From the NCBI GenBank assembly GCA_965237525.1, contig CBDEFO010000008.1, forward strand, positions 1,920,001-1,984,000: a DNA stretch of 64,000 bases. Direction: 5' to 3'. The position numbers and the translations under genes were made by a program. Origin of the DNA: Candidatus Latescibacterota bacterium (GTDB taxonomy: Bacteria > Latescibacterota > CBDEFO01). Positions 53,242 through 62,978 of the stretch are shown here, one piece after another. Position 1 is the first letter of the stretch, and each line of letters starts with the position of its first letter. A model generated the notes under the pieces. That model did no database searches. It was not told where the DNA came from and was given only the letters and a program-made list of their open reading frames with translations.

Positions 53242-53554
53242 AGAGTGGAGAATGAAGAGCGTCTGTATCCTACCAGATGACATTGGGGTCGTTCTGGACG
53301 AACCTAACTCTGAGGATGTGACCGACGTCTACCGGGTAGTGGTCGAGGCCCAAATATGAGGAGTCATAAGCATTGAATGTCTACGTAATTAGCCGACACT
53401 GAAATGACGCTCCAACTAGCCGGAGCAACATTCAGTTTCGGTGACCTTACACTGTAAGAAGCCAAGTATAAGTGCTTCGGTATATCCCCGACCCTCGATA
53501 GAGTCATTCGGGGGTTCAATTGGGGACGAAGCATCACAGACAAAGGAGAGGATA

Positions 53555-54532
53555 ATGAACGTTCCGCCGACGGACGGGATGCGAGTTTCTGTACAGGACC
53601 TTCGCAAGCTGGTGGCGTCCATATACCGGGGAGTTCCCGTTCCCGAGGATCACGCCCAACTGATCGCCGATCTCCTGATCGACACGGAGCTGCGCGGCGT
53701 CGTCAGTCACGGGGTTGTGCAGGTCGAACGCTATGTGCGCGCCTTCCAGGAGGGTAAAGCCAATGCGCACCCCAACGTTCGGGTTCTGAAGGAAGGTCCT
53801 GTGACAGCGGCCCTGGATGGAGACGGCGGTCTCGGGATGATCGTCGCCACGAAGGCCATGCAGATGGCAATAGCTAAAGCCAAGAAGATGGGGGTCGGAG
53901 TCACTACAAGTACCTACCACGATCACCTTGGGAGTTCGGGAAAGTATATCCGGATGGCCCTGCGCGATGACCTGATCGGGATTAGCTTCTCGGGTAGGAA
54001 CGCATCGCCGAGCTACGACTACAACAGCACCATTCAAGGTTCGATACAGGGGAGTCCGCCGCTCGCCTTCGGCATGCCTTCCGGGCCCGATCAGCCGTAC
54101 TTCATGCTGGACCTGGGCAGTCACATGGAGTGGGATGAGGAGTGCTTCAAGAAGATGCCTCAGGTCTTCTTCAGGTGCATCGGGTTCTCGCACGTGGCCA
54201 ACATCATGAGCGGCACCCTTGGGGGTCAGATGCTTCCGGAGTTCAACCGCCAGAACGTCAAGTACACCGGCGCCAACCAATCCGGGTTCTTCATGGCCCT
54301 TGACATCGAGTGTTTCGTCTCGCTCCAGGCCTTCAAGGACGATATGAACCGTCTGATGGAAGAGACAAGCAAGATGAAGCCCTTTCCGGGCTATTCCGAA
54401 TCTAGCCTCCCCGGTGGACGCGCGTGGAAGAAGGAGAAAGAATATTTGCAGGATGGCATTCCCATCTCCGAGACCGCAGTTAAATCGTTGGAGAAATTGG
54501 CTCTTGAATTCGGCCTTCCTGTTCCCTGGTAG
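53555..54532 (+). CDS. Ldh_2-family oxidoreductase
   Basis: LRGVVSHG, LDGDGGLG, HLG, PLAFGMP, LPGG; AGGAG RBS. Confidence 0.88.
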   Translation: MNVPPTDGMRVSVQDLRKLVASIYRGVPVPEDHAQLIADLLIDTELRGVVSHGVVQVERYVRAFQEGKANAHPNVRVLKEGPVTAALDGDGGLGMIVATKAMQMAIAKAKKMGVGVTTSTYHDHLGSSGKYIRMALRDDLIGISFSGRNASPSYDYNSTIQGSIQGSPPLAFGMPSGPDQPYFMLDLGSHMEWDEECFKKMPQVFFRCIGFSHVANIMSGTLGGQMLPEFNRQNVKYTGANQSGFFMALDIECFVSLQAFKDDMNRLMEETSKMKPFPGYSESSLPGGRAWKKEKEYLQDGIPISETAVKSLEKLALEFGLPVPW

Positions 54533-54854
54533 AGGGGGAGAAGCGCAGTAATTACGCTCGTACTTTGGAGATGAAGTACGTGTGGTAGGTGTGCACGGAT
54601 CGTGATCCCTGATCCCCGATTGCGTCTAGTGGGGAGGGATGTTTCGGGCGTTTTCTGTTTGTGCTGACTTTGAAAGGGTAAACGGTTCGAAGAAGAGCGG
54701 GATGCGAAGGTGCAGGTCCCCGTCTGGCCGACCTTGGGAGGGAATAAAGTTTCGGCGATAGGGAGGCCGGCCAAGGCAAGACAGCCGCACTGCCGAAGAT
54801 AAGATCTTTGCCTAATGTTTCTTGACAATTTGTGGCATCAAGTGCAAACCGTAG

Positions 54855-55688
54855 GTGATCTATATGACTGAAATAGAAAAGTACGAGTTCGACCGCCAAG
54901 GATATCTTATTATCAAAGATATGCTCAAGGAGCAGGAAGTAAAAAAACTGGCAGCAGCGGTTAATGAACTGGAAGACCATGCACTGCGGCACGTGGATCT
55001 GCCGCCGCGGAAGGTCAGCGCGTGGGGGCCTGAATACCATTTCAATGAGGAAAGGGGTTACTACGTTCGGGGGTCGAATAAGCAGGGCGAGACTCTGATG
55101 ATTGAGGATTTCTGGAATGCTGATCTGGCCTTTGATTTGCTGGTCAACGATGCATCGACAATGGCCTATATGCGGGCCATTATCCAGGGCCACAGCACCA
55201 TCAATAATTCGGAGATCCGTATACGCTATCCCGGCAACGCCTCCCGTACCCATCTGGGCGGACCGGTAGGTCCCAAGTACCGTTATGCGTTTAATGCCGA
55301 TGGTATTGACTGTATGATGGTACGTATGATTTATTTTGTGCATGATGTGAGCAATGAGCAGGGAGCCTTTTGTGTGGTCCCTGGCACTCATAAGAGCAAC
55401 TTTGTCTCGCCCTATGGCGATAACCCGGATGAGGAACCGGGCATGATCGGTCTGGAGGTGAAGGCTGGCGATGCGATCTTGTTTACGGAAAATCTTCGGC
55501 ACGGGAGATTGACCAACCGTTCCCCGCAGGTTCGTAAGACGCTGTATGTGGGATATGGTCCGGCCTGGATGATGTCGCAGAATATCGCTACGATGGATGA
55601 ACCGCAGTATTTGAAGGAAGAGACTCTGATGCGCTATGATGTGGATCAGCAGAATCTGTTCAGGGCCTGGCCCCTAGGAGCGGATTGA
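54855..55688 (+). CDS. Phytanoyl-CoA dioxygenase (PhyH)-family Fe/2OG enzyme
   Basis: YEFDRQGYLII, GAFCVVPGTHK, KAGDAILF...HG..N.S..RK. Confidence 0.88.
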   Translation: MIYMTEIEKYEFDRQGYLIIKDMLKEQEVKKLAAAVNELEDHALRHVDLPPRKVSAWGPEYHFNEERGYYVRGSNKQGETLMIEDFWNADLAFDLLVNDASTMAYMRAIIQGHSTINNSEIRIRYPGNASRTHLGGPVGPKYRYAFNADGIDCMMVRMIYFVHDVSNEQGAFCVVPGTHKSNFVSPYGDNPDEEPGMIGLEVKAGDAILFTENLRHGRLTNRSPQVRKTLYVGYGPAWMMSQNIATMDEPQYLKEETLMRYDVDQQNLFRAWPLGAD

Positions 55689-55849
55689 ATCAAAGATATG
55701 CATCATCTACATTAAAGAGTATAAGGGGAAGCCTGAGATTATTTTAAGCGATCCGAGCCAAATAGAGGTGTTGGAGTAACTAAGTGTCCACCATCTGAAT
55801 AATCTACCAGTGATCGGACATTTTATTGGTGAACAAGGAGGAATCATCC

Positions 55850-56074
55850 ATGACGTCCCATGCACAGGACTTGCAGATCGTACGGGAGCGACTGGAGAAG
55901 GTAGAGAGGCAATATCATAGGCTCAAGAGTATAGTAACTGTCGGTTTGGTTATCGCCGGCACGATCTTGGTGATGGGACAAACTCTACCTAAAAGTCGGA
56001 CTGTAGAGGCTGAAAGATTCTTTCTTCGTGGCAAGGATGGGAATAGACATGTTGGAGGGATAAGATGCTGTTGA
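55850..56074 (+). pseudogene. 5' fragment of a coiled-coil/TM protein
   Basis: ERLEKVERQ..RLK + TM + VEAERFFLR.KDG, then stops. Confidence 0.4.
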
Positions 56075-57536
56075 TAAGTGGACAGGGTCCCGGTTATCCA
56101 AAGATCTGGCATGCAGCGGATATGCCGATCGAGGAGCGCTTGAAGCTCCACGTCAGAGGGCACTACGAACCCGTGCGACCTCTTGAAGCTGGAGAATATG
56201 TCACGATCACTTTTCACTTTGAAGTAGGCGAAGAGAAAATCGCCGGCGGGGGACGGCTCGGAATCGCTTGGCGTTGGCCCTTTGACTGGGGGGACCTGCA
56301 GTCGGAGGATCCGAAGGGAGACGGATATATGGCAGTCTCAACCGCCGCCTCAGAGGTAGACATAGAAGCGACGTATCATCGTAAGGGCGGCGTTGATCCA
56401 TGGCCTCACTATATCTCCTTGGAGGTGATTCGCGGGTATCTGGCGCGCGGCGACCGGGTGTGTCTGGTATGCGGCGATCGAACAGGGGGCAGTCGCGGGT
56501 GGCGGGCGCCTACCTTTATGACAAAGTCGGCGGGATTCCTTATGGTAATAGATCGGGACGGCAGCGGCCGGTGGGTCCGACCGCCAGATCCGCCGAGCTT
56601 TCCAGTCGTTTCGGCTCCCCCCGTGCGGCTGGTGGTCATCTGTCCCTCACACGCTGTCGTAGGAGAGGCTGTGGACGTCCTCGTCCGCGGCCTTGACCGC
56701 TGGGGAAATCCCACGTCTGTCTCCAAGGGCATACCACAGCTTAGCGCACAACAGCAGACCAGGTCAGATGAGAATGTAGTTTCAGTCCTGGGCGATGCGG
56801 CTGTCTCTTGCGACCCAGCAGTGTATCGGTTCAGGGTGCAGTTTAATAGGGCGGGCAGATACAGGCTTTTCGCTTCTGTGCCTGATACGGACCTGAGCGC
56901 GGAGAGTAATCCAGTTTGGGTGTACGCCCAACGACCATCACTTCGGCTCTTCTGGGGCGATCTCCATTCGGGACAGGCAGAGATCGGGTGCGGCGCAGGA
57001 ACGCTGGTGGAGCACTACACATACGCCCGCGATGTGGCTGGATTGCAATTTGTCACACATCAAGCCAACGACCACTACGTAACCCGCGACGACTGGCAGC
57101 GCGTACGCAAGGAGGCAACAGCGTTTAACGAGCCCGGACGGTTCGTAACCTTCTTGGGGTGCGAGTGGAGTCCGCCGACTGAGAACGGAGGCGACCGCAA
57201 CGTCATCTATCGGCGCGACGAACCAAAATTGAGGCGGTCGGGCCGCTACTTTAGGGAATCAGACCCAGATCCAGAGCCGGATATACCCACCGCCCCGGTT
57301 TCCACAAAGCCTTTGTGGGAGAAGACGTGCTCATCAACCTTCACGTGGGGGGTAGGCCCACCAATTTAGACTACTACGCCCCCGAAATCGAACGCTTGGC
57401 GGAGATCCACTCCACGCACGGCACATCGGAGTGGTTCGTGGTGGATGCGCTGGGGCGCGGGTACAAGGTGGGGATCACAGCGGGGACCGACGGGGTGATG
57501 ACTCGACCGGGAGCGTGCCATCCGGGATGGGGATAA
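56065..57536 (+). pseudogene. DUF3604/PHP-like protein, frameshifted (about 57298) and truncated
   Basis: FWGDLH, YARDVAGL, EWS...GGDRNV, HVGG, EIHSTHG, G..AGTD. Confidence 0.78.
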
Positions 57537-57690
57537 TGACTTGGCTGTTGCCAATGTGTCCACTAATAACGTATCAGTGTTGTTCAATAACGGAGGTGGG
57601 ACATTTGCAACTAAAGTGGACTACGACGTGGCGGTTGCTCCCCACTCAGTATTCAGCACAGACTTAGATGGAGATGGGAACACCATTTGA
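57526..57690 (+). pseudogene. FG-GAP/VCBS repeat fragment
   Basis: DGDNDLAVAN..NNVSVLFNNGGGTF...DLDGDG; no start codon. Confidence 0.7.
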
Positions 57691-57708
57691 TCCCCACAAC
57701 CTTTCTAG

Positions 57709-57957
57709 CCCTAATAATTAACAAAAAAAGGCCGTATATTAATTAAGGCATTGTACTATATTATAGTTATGCCGTTTAACCACCTTCGGTGTCATTGCGA
57801 GCCGGAGGCGAAGCAATCTCCATTCTGTGGTAGATGTAATTGTCTCCGGCTCTCATAGGAGATCACTATAAAACCTTGAGATTGCTTCCCCGATAGACTC
57901 AATCGGGGACCGCTTTGCTCCTCGCAATGACTCCACCAAGTTTATGAATTAATTGGG
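57709..57957 (+). mobile_element. 249-bp MITE-like element, copy B
   Basis: Same length as copy A, about 15 substitutions by eye; flanked by CTAG and TTAG. Confidence 0.78.
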
Positions 57958-58027
57958 TTAGGGGTATGCCCGACGCTGTGAGCGGGTCTTTCGTAAGGTT
58001 TCGGGACCATTCGGAGTCCGGATGCCC

Positions 58028-58870
58028 CTAAGGCGCTTCGACTTCTCCACTGTAGAGTCTATCGGCCACAACCCAATCTTCACAGTCGTCTTGGCACAGG
58101 ACAAAGACTTCCTCAAGCTGAGACAGATTCACACTTGGAACTATTTCGACTTTTCTAAAGAGGCCGCTCTTTCCGTCTCCAAGCTTGTTCACAACACCCA
58201 ATCTCAAGCCCTTTGGGAACACACCTCCCATTCCTGACGATACGACCACATCCCCTTTTTTAATATTACTCTTTAGAGGGACGTCAATGCGAAACGATTC
58301 TGTGCCTTCGGACTCCAGAAATCCGAAGATTCTCTCATCGTTCTGGACAACAGTGCTTACCACGCAATTCCTGTCAGATAAAAGCTGAACAACAGATGTT
58401 TTGGAATTGACGCCGAAGACCTTTCCTGCCAGCCCGCCTAAAGCCACGACCGGCATCTTTTCCCTTACTCCGTCATCGCTTCCGACATTGATTAAGATCG
58501 AGGTTACTATTCTGCTTCCCGATTTTGCGATGACCTCAGCGGGGAGATACCGAAAGCCGGGCCTCTGCTTAAAGCCCATCTGCCTTCGGAGCCTTTTATT
58601 TTCCAGTTCGGCTTCCCTGAGCCGCCAGGACTTAATTGACAGCTCCAGGTTCCAATCTCTCAGGAACTTGTTTTCTCTGGAAAGATCCGCCATCCTGGTA
58701 GCCCACGAAAACATTCTATTGCCAGAGCCGAGAACAGTTGTGGTCACCTCCCTGGCAAGATTTGCTCCTTTTCCACTATCCAATACCATCAGGATCAACG
58801 ACAGTGCAACTGCTGCTGCTAAGGCTATGTAGTTTTTGTTCAACGATAGGAATTCTGATAGGTTTAGCAT
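58028..58870 (-). CDS. mreC: Rod shape-determining protein MreC
   Basis: TM + coiled coil; AEVI, GLAGKV, VVSSGMGGVFPKGL; follows mreB. Confidence 0.92.
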   Translation of the reverse strand: MLNLSEFLSLNKNYIALAAAVALSLILMVLDSGKGANLAREVTTTVLGSGNRMFSWATRMADLSRENKFLRDWNLELSIKSWRLREAELENKRLRRQMGFKQRPGFRYLPAEVIAKSGSRIVTSILINVGSDDGVREKMPVVALGGLAGKVFGVNSKTSVVQLLSDRNCVVSTVVQNDERIFGFLESEGTESFRIDVPLKSNIKKGDVVVSSGMGGVFPKGLRLGVVNKLGDGKSGLFRKVEIVPSVNLSQLEEVFVLCQDDCEDWVVADRLYSGEVEAP

Positions 58871-58938
58871 ACAATCCTTCTGGAAGGCCAAGGTACAGGC
58901 CAGGTCACCATATCTTAGCCTCAATCATCATCTTGCAT

Positions 58939-59958
58939 TTAAAAGAGTATATCCTGGTATGCGTTGATATTTTCGAGCACCTTTCCAGTCCCTCTGACGA
59001 CGCATGTGAGCGGGTCTTCCGCCACCATCACCGGAAGCTTTGTCTCCTCAATAAGTCGATCGGCTAGTCCCTTCAGAAGGGATCCTCCTCCCACCATATT
59101 GATCCCTCGATCGAGTATATCCGATGCCAATTCGGGAGGAGTCCTCTCCAGGGCTTGAAGCACAGCGTTCACTATATTGTTTGTGGTATCGCTTAGGGCT
59201 TCTCTCATCTCCTCGGAATGAACCGTGATAATTTTGGGGATTCCGCCCACCAGATCACGGCCCTTTACCGTAGCCTCGATCTCATCGTTCGTAGGATATG
59301 CCGATCCGATCAGGCACTTTATATTCTCCGCCGTTCTGGGTCCTATGTAGACGTTGTAATTTTTTCTGAGATACTGTATTATATCCTCATCCATCTCGTC
59401 CCCGGCGATCTTTATGGAGGAATTCATCACGATGCCCGATAGGGCCATGACAGCTATCTCGGTGGTTCCACCTCCTATGTCTATGACCATCGAACCTACC
59501 GCCTGCTCGACGGGGAGACCCATGCCGATAGCCGCCGATATCGGTTCTGTTATGAGATAGACCTCTCTTGCTCCTACGCGTTCGGCGGAATCTCTGACGG
59601 CTCTCTTCTCCACCTCCGTTATGCCCGATGGAACGCAGATGACTATCTTTGGACGCACCAGGAACCTGTTTTTCTGAACTTTCCGTATAAACGCGCGCAG
59701 CAGCAGCTCTGTCACTTCAAAGTCCGCCACTACGCCGTCTTTTAATGGACGTATCGCTTCTATTCTTTCGGGCGTACGGCCCTCCATCTCCTTTGCCTCC
59801 GAGCCGATAGCCACCAGTTTTCTGGTACTCGTTTCCAGGGCCGCTACCGAAGGCTCATCCACAACTATCCCCTTGCCTTTGACATAGATCAAGGTGTTTG
59901 CAGTTCCCAGATCTATGCCTATGTCGTTGAAAATCAGGTTTGACAGTGAAAATCGCAT
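58939..59958 (-). CDS. mreB: Rod shape-determining protein MreB
   Basis: IDLGTANT, RPLKDGVVADF, TEVEKRAV, DIGGGTTE. Confidence 0.97.
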   Translation of the reverse strand: MRFSLSNLIFNDIGIDLGTANTLIYVKGKGIVVDEPSVAALETSTRKLVAIGSEAKEMEGRTPERIEAIRPLKDGVVADFEVTELLLRAFIRKVQKNRFLVRPKIVICVPSGITEVEKRAVRDSAERVGAREVYLITEPISAAIGMGLPVEQAVGSMVIDIGGGTTEIAVMALSGIVMNSSIKIAGDEMDEDIIQYLRKNYNVYIGPRTAENIKCLIGSAYPTNDEIEATVKGRDLVGGIPKIITVHSEEMREALSDTTNNIVNAVLQALERTPPELASDILDRGINMVGGGSLLKGLADRLIEETKLPVMVAEDPLTCVVRGTGKVLENINAYQDILF

Positions 59959-59976
59959 TGTTTTTCCTCTTCTTTG

Positions 59977-60027
59977 TCCCCGATCCCCGCTCCCCGATTG
60001 AATCTATCGGGGAGCGGGGATCGGGGA
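59977..60027. repeat. 51-bp extended palindrome centred on the 23-bp repeat
   Basis: TCCCCGA TCCCCGC TCCCCGAT-tgaatct-ATCGGGGA GCGGGGA TCGGGGA. Confidence 0.9.
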
Positions 60028-61671
60028 TCAATGTAAAAAGTGCCTTGTCCCTGTAAAGACCATAGATACTCCCGCTTGTTCGCAGGCCTGGATGCACTCC
60101 TTGTCGTGGATAGAGCCTCCGGGCTGTACGATGTATCGGATGCCCTCTTTGGAGGCATACTCGACCGTATCCGGAAAGAAGAAGGAGTCTGATGCCATTA
60201 CTGTCTCTTTCATCTTATCCTCTATGTAATCTTCTATGTAATTTTCCAGGTTACCCGTTTTAGCCTCTTCCTCAAAGCGCGCCCGGAGATTCTCCTGTGC
60301 TTTTGTGGCCGCTAACTTTCTGAAAGAGTCAACGCGGTTGGGCTGTCCTGCCCCCATTCCGAGCACCTGAAAGCCACCGGGTCTGTATTCCTCGCATATG
60401 ACCATAGCGTTCGATTTGGTGTGCTTGACAGCCTTCAGGGCAAAGAGAGCCAACTCCTTCTTCTCTTCGGGAAAACCCTCCTCCGTGACGCATACAAACT
60501 TCTGGAAGAGTTCCACATCCGACCCCTGTTCTAATATCCCGCCAGTTATGTGTCTGTACGATTTGGGGCAAGGTTGGGCATCAGAAAGGGACGGGATATT
60601 CAGTAAAATCAGATTCTTCCTTCTGGATTTCAGAAGTTTCAGTGCTTCATCTTCATATCCCGGAGCGGCGATGATGTCTATGAATCTGCCCGCAAGGAAC
60701 TCCGCTGTGTCCAGATCCATAGCGCGGCTTACAGCTAAAATAGAACCGGCAGACAGGCTCATCCTATCTCCGTTCCAGGCGGCCTCCACAGCTTCTCTGA
60801 GAGCCTCTCCCGTTGCGTAACCGCAGGGATTTGTATGCTTGACGAAGGCGGCAGCTGGCTTATGCTTGAGTTCCTTTAGAGCCTCAAGCGCAGCGTCGGC
60901 GTCCATATAGTTGTTGTAGGACATCTCCTTGCCGTGCAGTTGGACTGCGTGGGCTATAGACGATTCCTCTGTAGTGTCATCTCTATAAAACGTTGCGCTT
61001 TGATGCCAGTTCTCTCCGTATCTTAATTGAACGCCTCCCGTGTATTTTAGCCTCAGGATCTTTTCTCCCCCAAGCTTTTCGCTCAGGTATCCCTCCACAG
61101 CAGCGTCGTAGTCGGCTGTGGTTCTGAAGGCCTTAACAGAGAGCATCTCTCTTGTGGAGTCGGAAAGTTCTCGTGTAGTCTTTAGTTCATCGAGTATAGC
61201 GCCATAGTCCTCAGCATCTGTGAGGACGCCCACGTGCCGGTAGTTCTTTGCCGCGCTCCGGATTAAGGTCGGCCCTCCGATGTCTATGTTCTCTATCGCA
61301 TCCTCCAGAGATGCCTCAGGCCTTAAGATAGTTTCCTCAAAGGGATACAGATTTACGACCACAAGGTCTATCATACCTATCCCCTGTTCCTCAGCTTCCC
61401 TCATATCCTGTGGATTATCCCGACGCGCTAAGATTCCGCCGTGCACCTTCGGATGTAGAGTCTTGACTCTTCCGTCCATCATCTCAGGAAAGCCGGTCAC
61501 GTGCGAGACAGATATGGCTTTGATCCCCGACTCCTCTAACAGTTTTGCTGTCCCTCCGGTGGAGACGATTTCAATTCCCAATTCGGAAAGGCCCCTTGCC
61601 AGTTCCACGATGCCCGTCTTATCGGATACGCTGATCAATGCGCGTGTTATATTTGTAAACGTTTCCTCCAA
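60028..61671 (-). CDS. purH: Bifunctional AICAR transformylase/IMP cyclohydrolase
   Basis: RALISVSDK, GRVKTLHP, IDIGGP, LRYGEN.HQ, GAGQ.NRVDS, QPGGS, TGTRHF.H. Confidence 0.96.
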   Translation of the reverse strand: MEETFTNITRALISVSDKTGIVELARGLSELGIEIVSTGGTAKLLEESGIKAISVSHVTGFPEMMDGRVKTLHPKVHGGILARRDNPQDMREAEEQGIGMIDLVVVNLYPFEETILRPEASLEDAIENIDIGGPTLIRSAAKNYRHVGVLTDAEDYGAILDELKTTRELSDSTREMLSVKAFRTTADYDAAVEGYLSEKLGGEKILRLKYTGGVQLRYGENWHQSATFYRDDTTEESSIAHAVQLHGKEMSYNNYMDADAALEALKELKHKPAAAFVKHTNPCGYATGEALREAVEAAWNGDRMSLSAGSILAVSRAMDLDTAEFLAGRFIDIIAAPGYEDEALKLLKSRRKNLILLNIPSLSDAQPCPKSYRHITGGILEQGSDVELFQKFVCVTEEGFPEEKKELALFALKAVKHTKSNAMVICEEYRPGGFQVLGMGAGQPNRVDSFRKLAATKAQENLRARFEEEAKTGNLENYIEDYIEDKMKETVMASDSFFFPDTVEYASKEGIRYIVQPGGSIHDKECIQACEQAGVSMVFTGTRHFLH

Positions 61672-61926
61672 TCAGATTTCGTAGAAAATCTAGTCGTCAA
61701 AAGCCAGCAATAACCCAGGAATAATAGTGTAGGGGCTGCGTTAGGCAGCCCTTGGGGCGAGTGGACCTCGGGCCCCTACGAATACAGAACTACATATGTA
61801 CCTGACCCCTTCAGGGCTATTTTGACACCGCTTTCTGACCACTTTGAAGGTGGTAATTTCCACTTGACTTCGACCTTCTGAAATATGCTGTTATACGTCG
61901 TTTGGATACCCTACAACCGGATTAGC

Positions 61927-62793
61927 TTAATCAGCTGCCTTTGCCTTATAGAACTCGTGCAGACTGCGTAGGCTCTTAAACAAAAGCACATTGAATATCA
62001 CATACAGCGTTTCCCAGATAGTTGTACCGAATTCCCCTATAGCTTCTGCCCACTCAGGGGTCTGCAGAATACTTGCCTCCAGTCCCATCGTAAATATTGA
62101 AAACGGACCTATTGAAAAGTCAGTGGGGAATGGCAGGCCTAAGAGTATTGCGACCAACCAAGTGAATAAGGCAAAAGGTATAGTAACTACAAGAAAAAAT
62201 AATAATCCAAAGCCGAGTTCATTAAAAAAGATATTAGAGGTTTTATCCTTTGATAGAACCGCACTGCGTGAAAGCGCCTCCCTCCCACTGATGCCTTCAA
62301 CAATAACAACATAAGGAGCCAAGACATACCGCGCAGCCCATATAATCCCCGGAATTATCAGGAGAATTAGACCGCCCAAGCAGATGAGAAAATATAGAAT
62401 GGATGTCCAGATGAATTGCCCAAGGAGTCTCAAGGGTAGAGAATAGCTTTCCCCGATACCTATAGCCTCCCCCTCGGAAGCCTTGTTGGCAACCTTAATG
62501 AAGGCTATGTATGTGACGATCGTGACTATTGCTGTGATCACGACACCCACGACATCTAACACTCCTTCTGGGGTAAAGCCAGAACCCCATGACACGAGTG
62601 TATAGATAGCACCGAGAAGCAGGAACGTCTTCCAAGCTACTCCAAAAGTTCGCCAACTGTTGGAGAAGAACCCCCATAAGCCCATATATGTCAAGGACCT
62701 ATAGAGTGGCTTCGCTTGTATAGTGAAATTGTGTCCGCAGTCACAATTGACCGCGTCGTCAGGATTGTTCAAACCACAGGCTGGACATTTCAT
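61927..62793 (-). CDS. Membrane protein with an N-terminal zinc ribbon
   Basis: MKCPACG..N...CDCG; LILLIIPGIIW, EALSRS..L. Confidence 0.75.
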   Translation of the reverse strand: MKCPACGLNNPDDAVNCDCGHNFTIQAKPLYRSLTYMGLWGFFSNSWRTFGVAWKTFLLLGAIYTLVSWGSGFTPEGVLDVVGVVITAIVTIVTYIAFIKVANKASEGEAIGIGESYSLPLRLLGQFIWTSILYFLICLGGLILLIIPGIIWAARYVLAPYVVIVEGISGREALSRSAVLSKDKTSNIFFNELGFGLLFFLVVTIPFALFTWLVAILLGLPFPTDFSIGPFSIFTMGLEASILQTPEWAEAIGEFGTTIWETLYVIFNVLLFKSLRSLHEFYKAKAAD

Positions 62794-62978
62794 GGCTATG
62801 CCTCAATGTGTGGTGGTGAGCAGTCCTTATGATCTCTTTACGATACGAACTTACCAGTAAGCATACAATCACCATAGCACAGAGTCCAATTCATGACCAA
62901 ACTGCTGTGTGAAGGATTCAACACAAACCTTAGTACAGCCGACAAGTTTTGTCCAGCTACTTAAATCTTTCTTATTTG

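Larger units (their letters stand above)
2259..60013. repeat. Dispersed 23-bp palindrome family (TCCCCGAT-agattca-ATCGGGGA)
   Basis: Copies start at about 2259, 10808, 10992, 13881, 15804, 22162, 22526, 23581, 36341, 38730, 38840, 40056, 44867, 47935, 53485/53492, 54613, 57887 and 59991. Confidence 0.93.

Noticed and set aside
54670..54800. Cobalamin riboswitch
   Set aside because: Only fragmentary resemblance; the conserved core elements are missing.
44819..57957. MITE-bounded block transposed as a unit
   Set aside because: The outer flanks (CTGG vs TTAG) are not a clear target duplication.
58045..58067. Palindrome copy in the mreC C-terminus
   Set aside because: Only one arm and the loop match. 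It is too degenerate to count, as are the traces at 19130, 31264 and 43044.
2259..60013. CRISPR array made of the 23-bp repeats
   Set aside because: The copies are dispersed in both orientations, with no regular spacers and no cas genes.
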